A DNA stretch of 64,000 bases. It comes from Deltaproteobacteria bacterium. Lineage in GTDB: Bacteria > Desulfobacterota > GWC2-55-46 > UBA9637 > GWC2-42-11. Of this stretch, positions 36,525-46,465 are shown piece by piece. A program made the translations under genes and the position numbers. A model generated the notes under the pieces. It had not been told where the DNA came from, did not search any database, and saw nothing but the letters and a program-made list of their open reading frames with translations. The stretch is from positions 2,666 to 66,665 of the forward strand of contig JACRNI010000011.1 of assembly GCA_016234925.1 (NCBI GenBank), written 5' to 3'. Positions within the stretch are counted from its first letter, which is position 1. Every line of letters starts with the position of its first letter.

Positions 36525-36991
36525 TATTTAAGTTCCTTCAACAGATTTGCCATTTCTATTGCAGAGAGCGCCGCATCCCTGCCTTTATTCCCCTGCTTTG
36601 TTCCTGCCCTTTCTATTGCCTGCTCAATGTTATCTGCTGTGATAATCCCGAATGATATGGGCATGCCTGAATCAATGGAAATCCTTGCAATGCCTTTTGC
36701 CGCCTCGCCTGCAACATATTCAAAATGCGGGGTTGAACCGCGTATTATTGCGCCGAGACATATTACTGCATCATATTTCTTTTTAGCAGCCAAATTTTTC
36801 ACAGCAAGAGGCATTTCAAACGAGCCGGGAACCATTACAATATCTATATTTTTTTCATCTGCGCCGCTTCTAATCAGCGTATCAACAGCCCCCTTTTTTA
36901 ATCTCTCTCCAATGAAATCATTGAACCTGCTTAAAACAATCGCAAATTTAAGACCCTTTGCTGATAGATTTCCTTCTATTATTTTTGGCAT
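36524..36991 (-). CDS. ribH: 6,7-dimethyl-8-ribityllumazine synthase
   Basis: 155 aa; [14 protein letters not shown] motif. Confidence 0.9.
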   Translation of the reverse strand: MPKIIEGNLSAKGLKFAIVLSRFNDFIGERLKKGAVDTLIRSGADEKNIDIVMVPGSFEMPLAVKNLAAKKKYDAVICLGAIIRGSTPHFEYVAGEAAKGIARISIDSGMPISFGIITADNIEQAIERAGTKQGNKGRDAALSAIEMANLLKELK

Positions 36992-37018
36992 GATGACCTC
37001 CTGTCATACATTGAATTT

Positions 37019-37348
37019 TCAGTGTCTTGAATAAACCACAATACCATTGTCCAGAATCTCTCTGGCAAATCCCTCTCTGTTCCTGACCTGTTCCGGTGTT
37101 AAACCTATTGGCTCAATCGGCTCTCCAAATTTATGGTGTGCACTGCTCAATATCTCCTGCCGTCTAAAGACATCAAGTTTTTTAAACACAGGAGATACAA
37201 CTGCAATATCAATATCACTGTACTCTTTTGGTTTTCCTTTTGCATAAGAGCCATACAGTATAACCTGCGACACCTCTATACCGAGCCTTTCCAGTTCAAT
37301 AACATACTTTCCAATTATTTTTTTAATCTCGTATTTTTTTTTAACCAT
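37019..37348 (-). CDS. Nucleotidyltransferase (MNT-type, minimal pol-beta fold), toxin-antitoxin partner of HEPN
   Basis: 109 aa; GSxxxGxxxxxSDxD motif LYGSYAKGKPKEYSDIDIAVV. Confidence 0.8.
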   Translation of the reverse strand: MVKKKYEIKKIIGKYVIELERLGIEVSQVILYGSYAKGKPKEYSDIDIAVVSPVFKKLDVFRRQEILSSAHHKFGEPIEPIGLTPEQVRNREGFAREILDNGIVVYSRH

Positions 37349-37707
37349 TTCAGTAAATCCTTTGTCTTCTTTAGATAATCTGTAACCCTGCCTTTTTTAA
37401 ATGCCTTTACAAGGGCTGTTATATCCTCTGGATACCTTGTTACAATACTTAAATCATTCAAAGACTCAAGAGTTTTTAAGCGGTCTTCAGGAATTTCAAG
37501 GACTATAGCATTAGATAGATAAATCAGATTGTGCGTCTTTGGCGGAATCTTCCCTAACACAGATTCATATACTGCCTTCAATAATTTCTCTACGGATAAA
37601 TGGCACATGAAAAGGACATAAACATACCTTCCTGTTTCAAACATATGTTCTGCGGTTTTAATATCATAGTCCGACGACTTAATCCAGTTTGCTATACTTT
37701 TTTTCAT
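37315..37707 (-). CDS. HEPN domain protein
   Basis: 130 aa all-helical; overlaps the nucleotidyltransferase gene by 34 nt in the classical HEPN/MNT pair arrangement. Confidence 0.65.
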   Translation of the reverse strand: MKKSIANWIKSSDYDIKTAEHMFETGRYVYVLFMCHLSVEKLLKAVYESVLGKIPPKTHNLIYLSNAIVLEIPEDRLKTLESLNDLSIVTRYPEDITALVKAFKKGRVTDYLKKTKDLLKWLKKNTRLKK

Positions 37708-37721
37708 TTTTGATTTTTACT

Positions 37722-38972
37722 TTAGCACTTGCATGAAACATCCTTTTTTTCATCCCCTGCAACCACTTCAAGATTTCCAATCATATGACCCATCTTTTCC
37801 TTTTTAACCCTCAAATAATCTACATTCTTTTTATGCGGGGTAGCCTCTATCGGCACCCTTTCAACAACCTCCAGTCCATAACCTTCAAGCCCGACAATCT
37901 TCTTTGGATTGTTTGTCATAAGCCTCATCTTTCTAACACCCAAATCAAGGAGGATTTGCGCTCCAATTCCATAATCCCTTAAATCAGGCTTAAAACCAAG
38001 TTTTTCATTTGCCTGAACAGTGTCCATGCCCTTGTCCTGAAGCGCATACGCCCTTAATTTATTTGCAAGACCAATGCCCCTGCCCTCTTGATGCATGTAT
38101 AAAACAACGCCCTTGCCTTCCCTTTCTATCATCTTCATTGCGCATTTTAACTGCTCTCCGCAGTCGCACCTTTCAGAACCAAACACATCGCCTGTCAGAC
38201 ATTCAGAATGAACCCTCACAAGAACAGGCTCGTCAGGATTGATTTCGCCCTTCACAAGCGCAAGATGCTCGTGGAAATCAACATCATTCTCATATGCAAT
38301 TGCTGTAAATTCCCCGCCAAATCTGGTTGGAAGCGTTGTGACCGCCGCCCTTCGGACAAGTCTTTCTTTCCTTAAGCGATACTCAACAATATCAGCAACT
38401 GTAACGATTTTTAGATTATGCTCTCTTGCAAATATTTCTAAATCAGGCATCCTTGCCATTGTTCCGTCGTCCTTCATGATTTCGCAAATAACGCCAGCCG
38501 GTTTTAAACCTGCGAGCCTTGCCAAATCTATTGAACCCTCTGTCTGTCCAGTCCTCACAAGAACCCCGCCCTTCCTGCCTCTGAGCGGAAATATGTGGCC
38601 AGGTCTTGCAAGGTCTTCTGGTTTTGCATCATCTTTAACAGAAGTCAATATTGTTAATGCCCTGTCTTGCGCAGATATGCCTGTTGTCGCGCCTTTTTTA
38701 GCGTCTATTGATATTGTAAACGCGGTTTTGTGAAGCGATGTATTATCAGAAACCATCGGCTTCAAATCAAGTTCATCCGCCTTTTCTTCTGTGATTGCAA
38801 GACATATTAAACCCCTCGCATGCTTTGCCATAAAGTTTATCGCATCCGGGGTGATCTTTTCAGCGGCAATTACAATATCGCCCTCGTTTTCCCTGTCCTC
38901 ATCATCAACAAGGATGACCGCTTTGCCTTCTTTTATATCCTTTATTGCGTCTTCAACCCTTTTAATAGCCAT
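37722..38972 (-). CDS. ribBA: Bifunctional 3,4-dihydroxy-2-butanone-4-phosphate synthase / GTP cyclohydrolase II
   Basis: 416 aa; DHBP synthase motifs ([10 protein letters not shown]) and GCH-II zinc cysteines CxxGx...CDCGEQL. Confidence 0.9.
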   Translation of the reverse strand: MAIKRVEDAIKDIKEGKAVILVDDEDRENEGDIVIAAEKITPDAINFMAKHARGLICLAITEEKADELDLKPMVSDNTSLHKTAFTISIDAKKGATTGISAQDRALTILTSVKDDAKPEDLARPGHIFPLRGRKGGVLVRTGQTEGSIDLARLAGLKPAGVICEIMKDDGTMARMPDLEIFAREHNLKIVTVADIVEYRLRKERLVRRAAVTTLPTRFGGEFTAIAYENDVDFHEHLALVKGEINPDEPVLVRVHSECLTGDVFGSERCDCGEQLKCAMKMIEREGKGVVLYMHQEGRGIGLANKLRAYALQDKGMDTVQANEKLGFKPDLRDYGIGAQILLDLGVRKMRLMTNNPKKIVGLEGYGLEVVERVPIEATPHKKNVDYLRVKKEKMGHMIGNLEVVAGDEKKDVSCKC

Positions 38973-38978
38973 ATATAT

Positions 38979-39698
38979 TTACCTCTTATCTATGCCTTTT
39001 ATTTTACCAATCTCCCTCAAAACAACATCAAGATTGTAATGAGCATCTGCATAGTCAGGTTTCAATTTCACTGCAGATAAGTATTCCTTTATCGCCTCGT
39101 CAAATCTGCCCTGTCTAGAATATACATTACCAAGATTATTATATGCTGGGGCATAGTCAGGTTTAAGTTCCAATACAGTTGCGTATTCTCTTATTGCCTT
39201 ATCAAACAAACCCTGATTATAATATACAATCCCAAGGTTATTATGAGCCTCTGCAAAATCAGGTTTAATCCTTAATGCAGTCAAATATTCATTTATTGCA
39301 TGATCCAGCAGTCCTTGAACAGAATAGGCATGACCAAGGTTATTATGGGCATCCGCATCATTAGGATTAAGTCTTAATGCACTCTTATATTCCTTTATCG
39401 CCTCATTAAATTTGCCTTGCACAGAATAAACATTTCCGAGGTTATTGCTGGCTTTTGCATAATCAGGTTTAAGTTCTAATGCAGTTAAATATTCTTTGAC
39501 AGCCTCGTTCAGCAAGCCTTGAATAGAATAAGTATTCCCAAGATTATAATGCCCCCTTTCCTTTGCAGGGCTTTTAATTACAACATCCTTCCATAATGTT
39601 AAATCTGTCTTCCATATAATATTTCTAAAACAAGCGGCAATGGAAAGTAAAGCCAATAAAATAATAAAGACAATAATCCGTAATCCTTCAGTCCTCAC
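38979..39698 (-). CDS. TPR repeat protein with N-terminal membrane anchor
   Basis: 239 aa; six TPR units nearly identical in sequence to those of 32623-34266. Confidence 0.8.
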   Translation of the reverse strand: MRTEGLRIIVFIILLALLSIAACFRNIIWKTDLTLWKDVVIKSPAKERGHYNLGNTYSIQGLLNEAVKEYLTALELKPDYAKASNNLGNVYSVQGKFNEAIKEYKSALRLNPNDADAHNNLGHAYSVQGLLDHAINEYLTALRIKPDFAEAHNNLGIVYYNQGLFDKAIREYATVLELKPDYAPAYNNLGNVYSRQGRFDEAIKEYLSAVKLKPDYADAHYNLDVVLREIGKIKGIDKR

Positions 39699-40341
39699 CT
39701 ATAAATCCATGTTTTATTAAAAAATCTTCGTCTATGCTGCTTTTTTTGGCATATGGAAACAAAAACCTTTCCACATATTTGCCTATAATATCAGTCTCTA
39801 TGTTCACCTTGCTGCCGATATTTTTTAATCCCAGGGTTGTTAATTTCAATGTATGAGGCACAAGATGCACTATAAAACTATTACCAATTATTTCAGCAAC
39901 TGTCAAACTTATACCATCAACTGCAATTGAGCCCTTTTTAACAACCTGCCTCATAAGTTCATCCGGGATGTTGAATTCAACAACAGAAAATCCGTGTTTC
40001 ATGTCCTTGTTTTTAATAGTTCCAAGACCGTCAATATGTCCTGTAACAATATGACCGCCAATCTTTCCAGACGGTTTCAATGCCTTTTCAATATTTACCT
40101 TAACGTCTTTTTTTGCGCTTGCAAGTGTTGTAAGTTTCAAGGTCTCTTTTGAAACATCGGCAGTAAAAAAGCCTTTGCCCTTTTCAACAACAGTCAAACA
40201 AACGCCGTCAACAGCAATGCTGTCGCCAATGGCAGCATCATCCATAAACAAAGGTTCAGCAGCAATAGAAATCCTGCTTGTTGATTGCCCTTTTTCAATA
40301 TTGCTTATTACACCTGTAGATTGTATTATGCCGGTAAACAT
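39688..40341 (-). CDS. ribE: Riboflavin synthase alpha subunit
   Basis: 217 aa; MFTGIIQSTGVI start and duplicated lumazine-binding halves (GDSIAVDGVCLTV / GSIAVDGISLTV). Confidence 0.9.
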   Translation of the reverse strand: MFTGIIQSTGVISNIEKGQSTSRISIAAEPLFMDDAAIGDSIAVDGVCLTVVEKGKGFFTADVSKETLKLTTLASAKKDVKVNIEKALKPSGKIGGHIVTGHIDGLGTIKNKDMKHGFSVVEFNIPDELMRQVVKKGSIAVDGISLTVAEIIGNSFIVHLVPHTLKLTTLGLKNIGSKVNIETDIIGKYVERFLFPYAKKSSIDEDFLIKHGFIGED

Positions 40342-40721
40342 ATTTTTTCTTTACCTTGCAAACATATTCTTTCTGAAGGCATTCAGGCTGTCAAGTGGAT
40401 ACGGGCTGAATATAATACTTAAGATAACCACACCTACCAAAGAAAAAAATGCCGTTATGCTCAAATCGTTAAACTTTATCTTAATGCCATCTTTGCTCAC
40501 CTTGAATAAAAACAACAAGAGCATTGAATAAAAAGAGATTTCTCTTATGGATGTTACATGTTTAAATGGAAGGGAAAAACAAAAATATACAAAAATAGCC
40601 TCATAAAGTAAGAGAGATTATCTGTGGTATTAAGTGGTTTCAGAGAATCAAATATCATTTCATTGCTCCAGCATTTAACAAATTGATTCTAACGCTCACA
40701 TTTACAGGTCACTATAAGTAA

Positions 40722-41552
40722 TTACTTAAGGATATAAAGTTCCTTGCCACTAGTCTTAAACACTATATCTCCATCAGAATAAGTATACAGTATCTTTATA
40801 TTATTATCCTGCAACCTCTTAACTATAATAGGGTCTGCATAGCCTTGAAGATTTTCTCCGGCAGCAGATATAATACCGTAAAGCGGAGAAACTGCTTTTA
40901 TAAACCTCTCGCCTGCGGCATCTGCCGACCCATGGTGGCCGACCTTTAAAATACCGGCATTTAAATCAATCCCCTCTCTCAAAAGGGCATCCTCTGTCTC
41001 AGCATTTGCATCCCCCATGAGGAGGAAAACAACCTCATTATAAATTATCTTTAGCACTAATGAATTAGTATTCCAGTTGGATGATAGAATATCATTAGGC
41101 CATAAAACCTGAATCCTGACATCGCCATACTGGAAGATGTCGCCGGTATTAACAGCCCTATAATTGCTGCCTCTTCTAACCTCCTTATACCACCGATATG
41201 CCTCATATTCCGAAGCGTCAGAGATAGGTTGGCCATTATCATACAGAGTCTTCACATTTATTCCGGGAAGTATATGGAATATGCCTCCTATATGGTCTGA
41301 GTGGGGATGAGTAATAAACAAAGCATCCAACAGAATTACACCCTTAGCCTTCAGGAAATCCGCCAAACGAAAACCTGCCGCAGGATTTCCCGTATCAACC
41401 AAAATCCTTTCTTTTGACGGAGTCTCAATATATGCCGCATCCCCTTCCCCCACATTAATGAAAGTAACTATTAAATCCTTTGCATAGAGCTCTGGCGGAG
41501 GGGGTAAAAAGAAAACGGATATTAAAAGAAGTCTTTTAAGCCTTTTTATCAT
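40722..41552 (-). CDS. MBL-fold metallo-hydrolase (ComEC C-terminal-domain-like), secreted
   Basis: 276 aa; signal peptide, HxHxDH motif FITHPHSDHIGG. Confidence 0.7.
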   Translation of the reverse strand: MIKRLKRLLLISVFFLPPPPELYAKDLIVTFINVGEGDAAYIETPSKERILVDTGNPAAGFRLADFLKAKGVILLDALFITHPHSDHIGGIFHILPGINVKTLYDNGQPISDASEYEAYRWYKEVRRGSNYRAVNTGDIFQYGDVRIQVLWPNDILSSNWNTNSLVLKIIYNEVVFLLMGDANAETEDALLREGIDLNAGILKVGHHGSADAAGERFIKAVSPLYGIISAAGENLQGYADPIIVKRLQDNNIKILYTYSDGDIVFKTSGKELYILK

Positions 41553-42051
41553 TTATAGTACTTGCAAGTACACCAAAGATTCCACCCAGAAGATTAAGCC
41601 CAACATCCTTAATCTCCCCCACTCTATTAGGGAGCAGCCATTGAATAAATTCATCTCCAATCCCTATGGCTCCTACAAAAATAACAGACCTCAACAAAGG
41701 GCGGTTAGAAAACTTATACCCTTTGTAAACCAGTATGCCAAGGAAACCATACTCCAGAATGTGCACTTTCTCTTCAGGAACCTTAATTAACTGCATCGTC
41801 ACAGTGAAAAAAATGAGAAGAAAAACAAAGGCCGTTATTCTCTTCCATTCCAAATTCCAGATTCTTTCATAATAAAAGAAGGATAAGATACCAGCCGCAG
41901 AGATTACACCCAGCAAAATGTCTAATGCATCCTTTCCTATACTTGAGTAGAGAAAATTTAAGAAATACCGCACAACAGGAAGGCTTATATAGATAAGAGC
42001 AATGTATATCCCTATAAATATCCACAATCTTTTTGAACTTTCCACAATCAC
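41536..42051 (-). CDS. VanZ-like family membrane protein
   Basis: 171 aa; four TM segments, conserved GIGDEFIQ. Confidence 0.6.
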   Translation of the reverse strand: MIVESSKRLWIFIGIYIALIYISLPVVRYFLNFLYSSIGKDALDILLGVISAAGILSFFYYERIWNLEWKRITAFVFLLIFFTVTMQLIKVPEEKVHILEYGFLGILVYKGYKFSNRPLLRSVIFVGAIGIGDEFIQWLLPNRVGEIKDVGLNLLGGIFGVLASTINDKKA

Positions 42052-42069
42052 TTTAAACCTACCTTGAAA

Positions 42070-43482
42070 TCAGTACGCATTCTTATTCATCAACCCTTTC
42101 CAGATTGTAAGCCACATTATCTTTATATCAAACCAGAGAGACCAGTGCTCTATATAATAAATATCGTGGTCTACCCTCTGATTCATCTTTTCTATGGTAT
42201 CTGTTTCCCCTCTCCATCCGTTTACTTGAGCCCAACCAGTAATCCCTGGTTTGACTTTATATCTCCACATATATGCATCCAACAGCAATTTATGCTTTTC
42301 ATCAAGATGCACCGGATGCGGCCTGGGGCCGACTATTGACATATCACCTTTGAGTACATTAAAAAACTGCGGCAGTTCATCTATGCTGGTGCGGCGAATA
42401 AACATTCCGATGGGAGTAAGACGCAAATCATCCTTTGTTGCTTGTATCGTATCAGCCACTCCTTGATCATGAACATACATGCTTCTCATTTTATATATCT
42501 TGAATTTTTTCCCACCAATGCCGTACCGTTGTTGTGTGAACAGTACTGCCCCAGGAGAGGTTAATTTGGTCAGGACGGCAACAATTATCATAAGCGGCGC
42601 TGCTATTACAACAACAAGTACAGATACAACTATATCAAAGAGCCTCTTTATTGCCTGGTTCCAGCCATATATAGGGCTTTCCGTTAAATTGATTATTGGC
42701 AAACCGTCAAAATCCTCTATACTGGCATTCAATGTAACCACCTGATATATATTTGGAACCACCTTCACATCCACCATTTCTTGCTCGAGTTTCTTTAAAA
42801 GATATAAGAGCCTCCTGTATGCAGTGACAGGGAGGGCAATAAAAACCTGGTCAACATTTTTCTTTACTATATATTCATTGATATGAGTAATATTACCCAA
42901 AACCTTTTCCCCATATATCTCCTCTCCAATCTTTTTATGGTCATCTATCCAGCCTACAACATTGAAGCCTGCCCAGGGGTTCTCCGCTATTTTATGGGCA
43001 ACCCTTCTTCCAAGGTCGCCTGCCCCCACTATTAACACATTCTTCAGATTATATCCCTTGCTTCTCATAAACCGCATAGTCTTTCTAATAACAGCTCTGC
43101 TCAGCATGAGAAAAACCAGGCTCAGAATTGAAAACAAGAAGATAACCATTCTGGAGTAACTGTACTGCTTATAGAAAAAGAAGGTCACAGAGATTAAAAT
43201 AAAAGTGGCTATAATGTTAGCTTTAAAAATACCGAAGAATTCCTCCCATAAAGAGATATTGCGCTTTGGCCGATACAATTTTGAGATATTGAATGCTATG
43301 GGCCAGATTACTGCAATAAATGGAACCGCATACAGGTAGAATCCCACCGGCGTAATCTGCTCAGCATGAAAGTAGCCTGAATAGAACCGCAGATAATATG
43401 CAAGCAGCCATGAAAAGATTACAATGATTAAATCATTAGCGTACAGCGCAGAAAGAACAATCTGTCCGTGTTTTTTCAGCAT
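42070..43482 (-). CDS. Polyprenyl-phosphate sugar phosphotransferase (WbaP/EpsL-type priming glycosyltransferase)
   Basis: 470 aa; N-terminal TM block, Rossmann-like middle, C-terminal bacterial sugar transferase domain (PGITGWAQVNGWRGET). Confidence 0.85.
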   Translation of the reverse strand: MLKKHGQIVLSALYANDLIIVIFSWLLAYYLRFYSGYFHAEQITPVGFYLYAVPFIAVIWPIAFNISKLYRPKRNISLWEEFFGIFKANIIATFILISVTFFFYKQYSYSRMVIFLFSILSLVFLMLSRAVIRKTMRFMRSKGYNLKNVLIVGAGDLGRRVAHKIAENPWAGFNVVGWIDDHKKIGEEIYGEKVLGNITHINEYIVKKNVDQVFIALPVTAYRRLLYLLKKLEQEMVDVKVVPNIYQVVTLNASIEDFDGLPIINLTESPIYGWNQAIKRLFDIVVSVLVVVIAAPLMIIVAVLTKLTSPGAVLFTQQRYGIGGKKFKIYKMRSMYVHDQGVADTIQATKDDLRLTPIGMFIRRTSIDELPQFFNVLKGDMSIVGPRPHPVHLDEKHKLLLDAYMWRYKVKPGITGWAQVNGWRGETDTIEKMNQRVDHDIYYIEHWSLWFDIKIMWLTIWKGLMNKNAY

Positions 43483-43959
43483 ACACTACCCCCCTGATTA
43501 GATAGGCGCTGTTGAATCCCGGAAGTTTGCTGCAGGAATCCTTCTATGTATAGCAAATGCACCATTTTCATTATGAATCTTGGCATGCCTATTATTTGAG
43601 TGACGGCTATTTTAAGAATGACCTTATATAAACTAATCCTATAGTAAAAGCAATAATTAACTTGCTCCGTAAAATAGCGATTAAAAACCTCGCTATTTTA
43701 CAAACCTGCGATTTGGCTGCCATACTTGCAGGTTTCCCCAAAAATCAATGTCTATTTTTGGGTTGCTGTTGAAAAAGTCTTCTCCATCGGGAAAAATGTC
43801 ATGCCCGCGAAAGCTGGCATCCAGTAACATATTGAAAAGACTGGATTCCCATTTGCACGGGAATGACAGCAAAAAAGCGAAAATTAGTTTTTCAACACCC
43901 TGTTAACTTGCTGTAGGGCAGGGCTTTAGCCCTGCAAATTACTTATTACCTTCGCTATG

Positions 43960-45240
43960 TCATGCAGCATTAGGAGACAGAAGCCTTTGCAATTCAAGAA
44001 CAAAACCACCCAGCACACTTTCAGCAGACAATTTTTCTATTGCGTATGTTCTTCCGTTCGCGCCATACTTCAGCCCAATGGCTGGGTCAGAATATATCTT
44101 TAAAATAGCATCCTTCAGCAATACAGGATTCTCAGGTTCCACGACTATACCACAGTTTGCTTTGTTAATAAAGTGTGACAACTCACATGTCTGGTTTGCG
44201 GTTGCAACAACCGGCCTGGCGCTGGCCATGATATTTAGAATCTTCGACGGCATTACAATATCTCCAATAGCTTTTTTCTGAATTATGAGCGAAATATCCG
44301 CAGCAGCAAGCATATACGGCAGCATTTCTCTGCTTTGGAGCGGCATTAACATCATATTATTTAAGCGCTTTTCCTCTATCTTTGCCTGCAGCTTTGCGCG
44401 ATTCGCACCCTCTCCCGCAATTACATAAAATATCTCTTTTTTATCCTGTGTCATTTCCGCTACATCAATGACAATATCAACCCCTTGCTTCTCGCCTATG
44501 TTCCCTGCATATAGCGCCAGAAATTTACCCTCAGATATTCCATACTCCGCCCTGAATTTATTGTTTCTTGGCATAGGCTTTATATAGTCTGTGTCTATCC
44601 AGTTCGGCATCATAGAAACATCCTTTTCATCAATCCCCTTGCCAATAATTTTTCCTCTCATCCCGCTGCTGATTGTGGTGAGCATCGTTGCCTTCTTAAA
44701 CAAATATTTCTCTACCTTTGTAAGAACATTCAGCAAAAACCTGCTCTTAAGCATTCCCATATCAAAGGCTGCATCCACCTGCAAATCCTGCACATGAAAA
44801 ATTAAAGGAATACGCTTCAGCATACAGAATAGGCGCGCTATCAAGCCAATCTGCAGCGGCGGACATACAGTAAATACTGCATCAACCTTCTTAAAAAGAA
44901 GAGGGAATATATTGAGAAGCGATGATACCGCAAAAATTGTCTCATGGATTATTCTGGTTTTGGAATTAACTTTTTGGGGAGAATATACATACGACCTCTT
45001 AACATTTATACCCCCCAACTCCTCTGTCATTAAAAGACGACCCTTATAACCATCCATGACCTTCCAATATGGATACCAGGGGAATGCTGTAACTACCGTA
45101 ACATCTAAGTCTTTCTTTGCCAGATATTGAGCCATCTCGTGGTTAAAGACCCCTATTCCTATCAACTCGGGATAATAGTGAATACTGTATATTACAATAT
45201 GTCTTTTTCTGTTTTCAGACATCATCTTCTTAGAATTCAA
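43960..45240 (-). CDS. Glycosyltransferase family 4
   Basis: 426 aa; GT-B fold with C-terminal EGxxxxxLEAMAAG-type region (MLMPLQSREMLPYMLAAADI). Confidence 0.75.
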   Translation of the reverse strand: MNSKKMMSENRKRHIVIYSIHYYPELIGIGVFNHEMAQYLAKKDLDVTVVTAFPWYPYWKVMDGYKGRLLMTEELGGINVKRSYVYSPQKVNSKTRIIHETIFAVSSLLNIFPLLFKKVDAVFTVCPPLQIGLIARLFCMLKRIPLIFHVQDLQVDAAFDMGMLKSRFLLNVLTKVEKYLFKKATMLTTISSGMRGKIIGKGIDEKDVSMMPNWIDTDYIKPMPRNNKFRAEYGISEGKFLALYAGNIGEKQGVDIVIDVAEMTQDKKEIFYVIAGEGANRAKLQAKIEEKRLNNMMLMPLQSREMLPYMLAAADISLIIQKKAIGDIVMPSKILNIMASARPVVATANQTCELSHFINKANCGIVVEPENPVLLKDAILKIYSDPAIGLKYGANGRTYAIEKLSAESVLGGFVLELQRLLSPNAA

Positions 45241-45242
45241 CC

Positions 45243-46439
45243 TTACGCTCGCAAAACACCACCTGCCTTAATACCCTTTGCTTGGATAAATTCATCTATC
45301 TTAGAAATCACCTCATCAGCCTGAATTTTATCCATACACTCATTAATACCATTTTTGCATTGTTTAATATCACTGTAAACGCACGGCCTGCAATCCATAT
45401 CTTCCCTCCATACAGCAATGATATTTTCGTCTATTGGTTTGGCAATCTGCGGCAATTGAGGGCCATAAAGGACAATTGCCGGTGTGTTCACCGCTGATGC
45501 AAAATGTGAAGCTGCGCTATCAAGGCAAATAACCAGCGAGCATATCTCAAAAAAAGCGATTACATTCAAAAGGCTGGTCTTGAGCCTCACGATATCATTC
45601 TTGCAATGAGAACATATCTCATCAGCTGCAGCATTATCTCCCGGCCCTTCTACCAAGATAGGGCAAAATCCTTTACCATAAAGATAATCAATAATAGCAG
45701 CAAATCTTTCGCTTCGCCACAACTTCTCAGGAACGCTTGCCCCGGGATGTATAGCAACAATATTTTGTCCTTCTATGCCTTTTTCATGCAGGAAGGTTTC
45801 TACCCATCTTCTGGCTTCCTCATTTACAGGCAGTTCATATCGCTTATCAGTTATATCTATTCCCAAATATTGAAGAACAGACAACCTCCCTTCCAATAGA
45901 TGCGCAATCTCCCGAGGAAAGTCCGGTATGTCAGTGAGAAAAGTTCTGCCGCCCACAATATCATAGCCCAGCCTCCGTTTGGCCCCTATAAGAAACATTA
46001 GAAAGGCATTTCTGAAATCTATCTGGGCGTCAATAGCAAGGTCAAATCTCGCCCTTCTTAATCTCATAATTACAGAAAAAAGCCTCCAGAGGTTGATGAT
46101 ACTGTATTGTCTAATGCCCCATGGGAACGGCGCTGTATATATTTTATCAACATACCATGCATCTTTCAGGAACTCTTTTGCAAAATCGTTTGCCAGCAGA
46201 TAGAGAGACGCTTCAGGATACTTCCTTTTTAATGCCTTAAGCATCGGTATTGCCATCATCAAATCGCCTATCAAATGCGATTGAACTACCAATATCTTTT
46301 TCGGATTTTCGTTGCAGCCGCTGCGCTTCTTCGCCGCAAAAGAGAATATTCTCAGTATTCTGTCAATTAAAAACCCAACTTTGAGTTTACGCTGGTTATA
46401 TGCTTTTAAGAAGGGAATGCCTTTGTATTGCACCTTCAT
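45243..46439 (-). CDS. Glycosyltransferase family 9 (heptosyltransferase-like)
   Basis: 398 aa; ILVVQSHLIGDLMMAIPMLKALKRKYP N-terminal GT9 signature. Confidence 0.7.
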   Translation of the reverse strand: MKVQYKGIPFLKAYNQRKLKVGFLIDRILRIFSFAAKKRSGCNENPKKILVVQSHLIGDLMMAIPMLKALKRKYPEASLYLLANDFAKEFLKDAWYVDKIYTAPFPWGIRQYSIINLWRLFSVIMRLRRARFDLAIDAQIDFRNAFLMFLIGAKRRLGYDIVGGRTFLTDIPDFPREIAHLLEGRLSVLQYLGIDITDKRYELPVNEEARRWVETFLHEKGIEGQNIVAIHPGASVPEKLWRSERFAAIIDYLYGKGFCPILVEGPGDNAAADEICSHCKNDIVRLKTSLLNVIAFFEICSLVICLDSAASHFASAVNTPAIVLYGPQLPQIAKPIDENIIAVWREDMDCRPCVYSDIKQCKNGINECMDKIQADEVISKIDEFIQAKGIKAGGVLRA

Positions 46440-46465
46440 TTCAATCCTTTTTCAACAACTACAAC

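Noticed and set aside
33780-39698. Near-identical TPR repeats in 32623-34266 and 38979-39698 considered as a recent mobile duplication
   Set aside because: The similarity is confined to the TPR coding segments (AHNNLGNVY...EAIKEYLTAL...) with different flanks. This is paralogous domain reuse rather than a repeat element.
40342-40721. Looked for an FMN (RFN) riboswitch upstream of ribE
   Set aside because: No GGGGCGGG/ACCGGCGGUA-type RFN core on either strand of the gap. Not called.
43483-43959. 480-bp gap between the priming transferase and GT4, searched for a small gene or RNA
   Set aside because: Only a short hairpin (GTAGGGCAGGGCTTTAGCCCTGCAAATTAC, a REP-like half) and no ORF of at least 50 codons with a plausible start. 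Probably a promoter/leader region.
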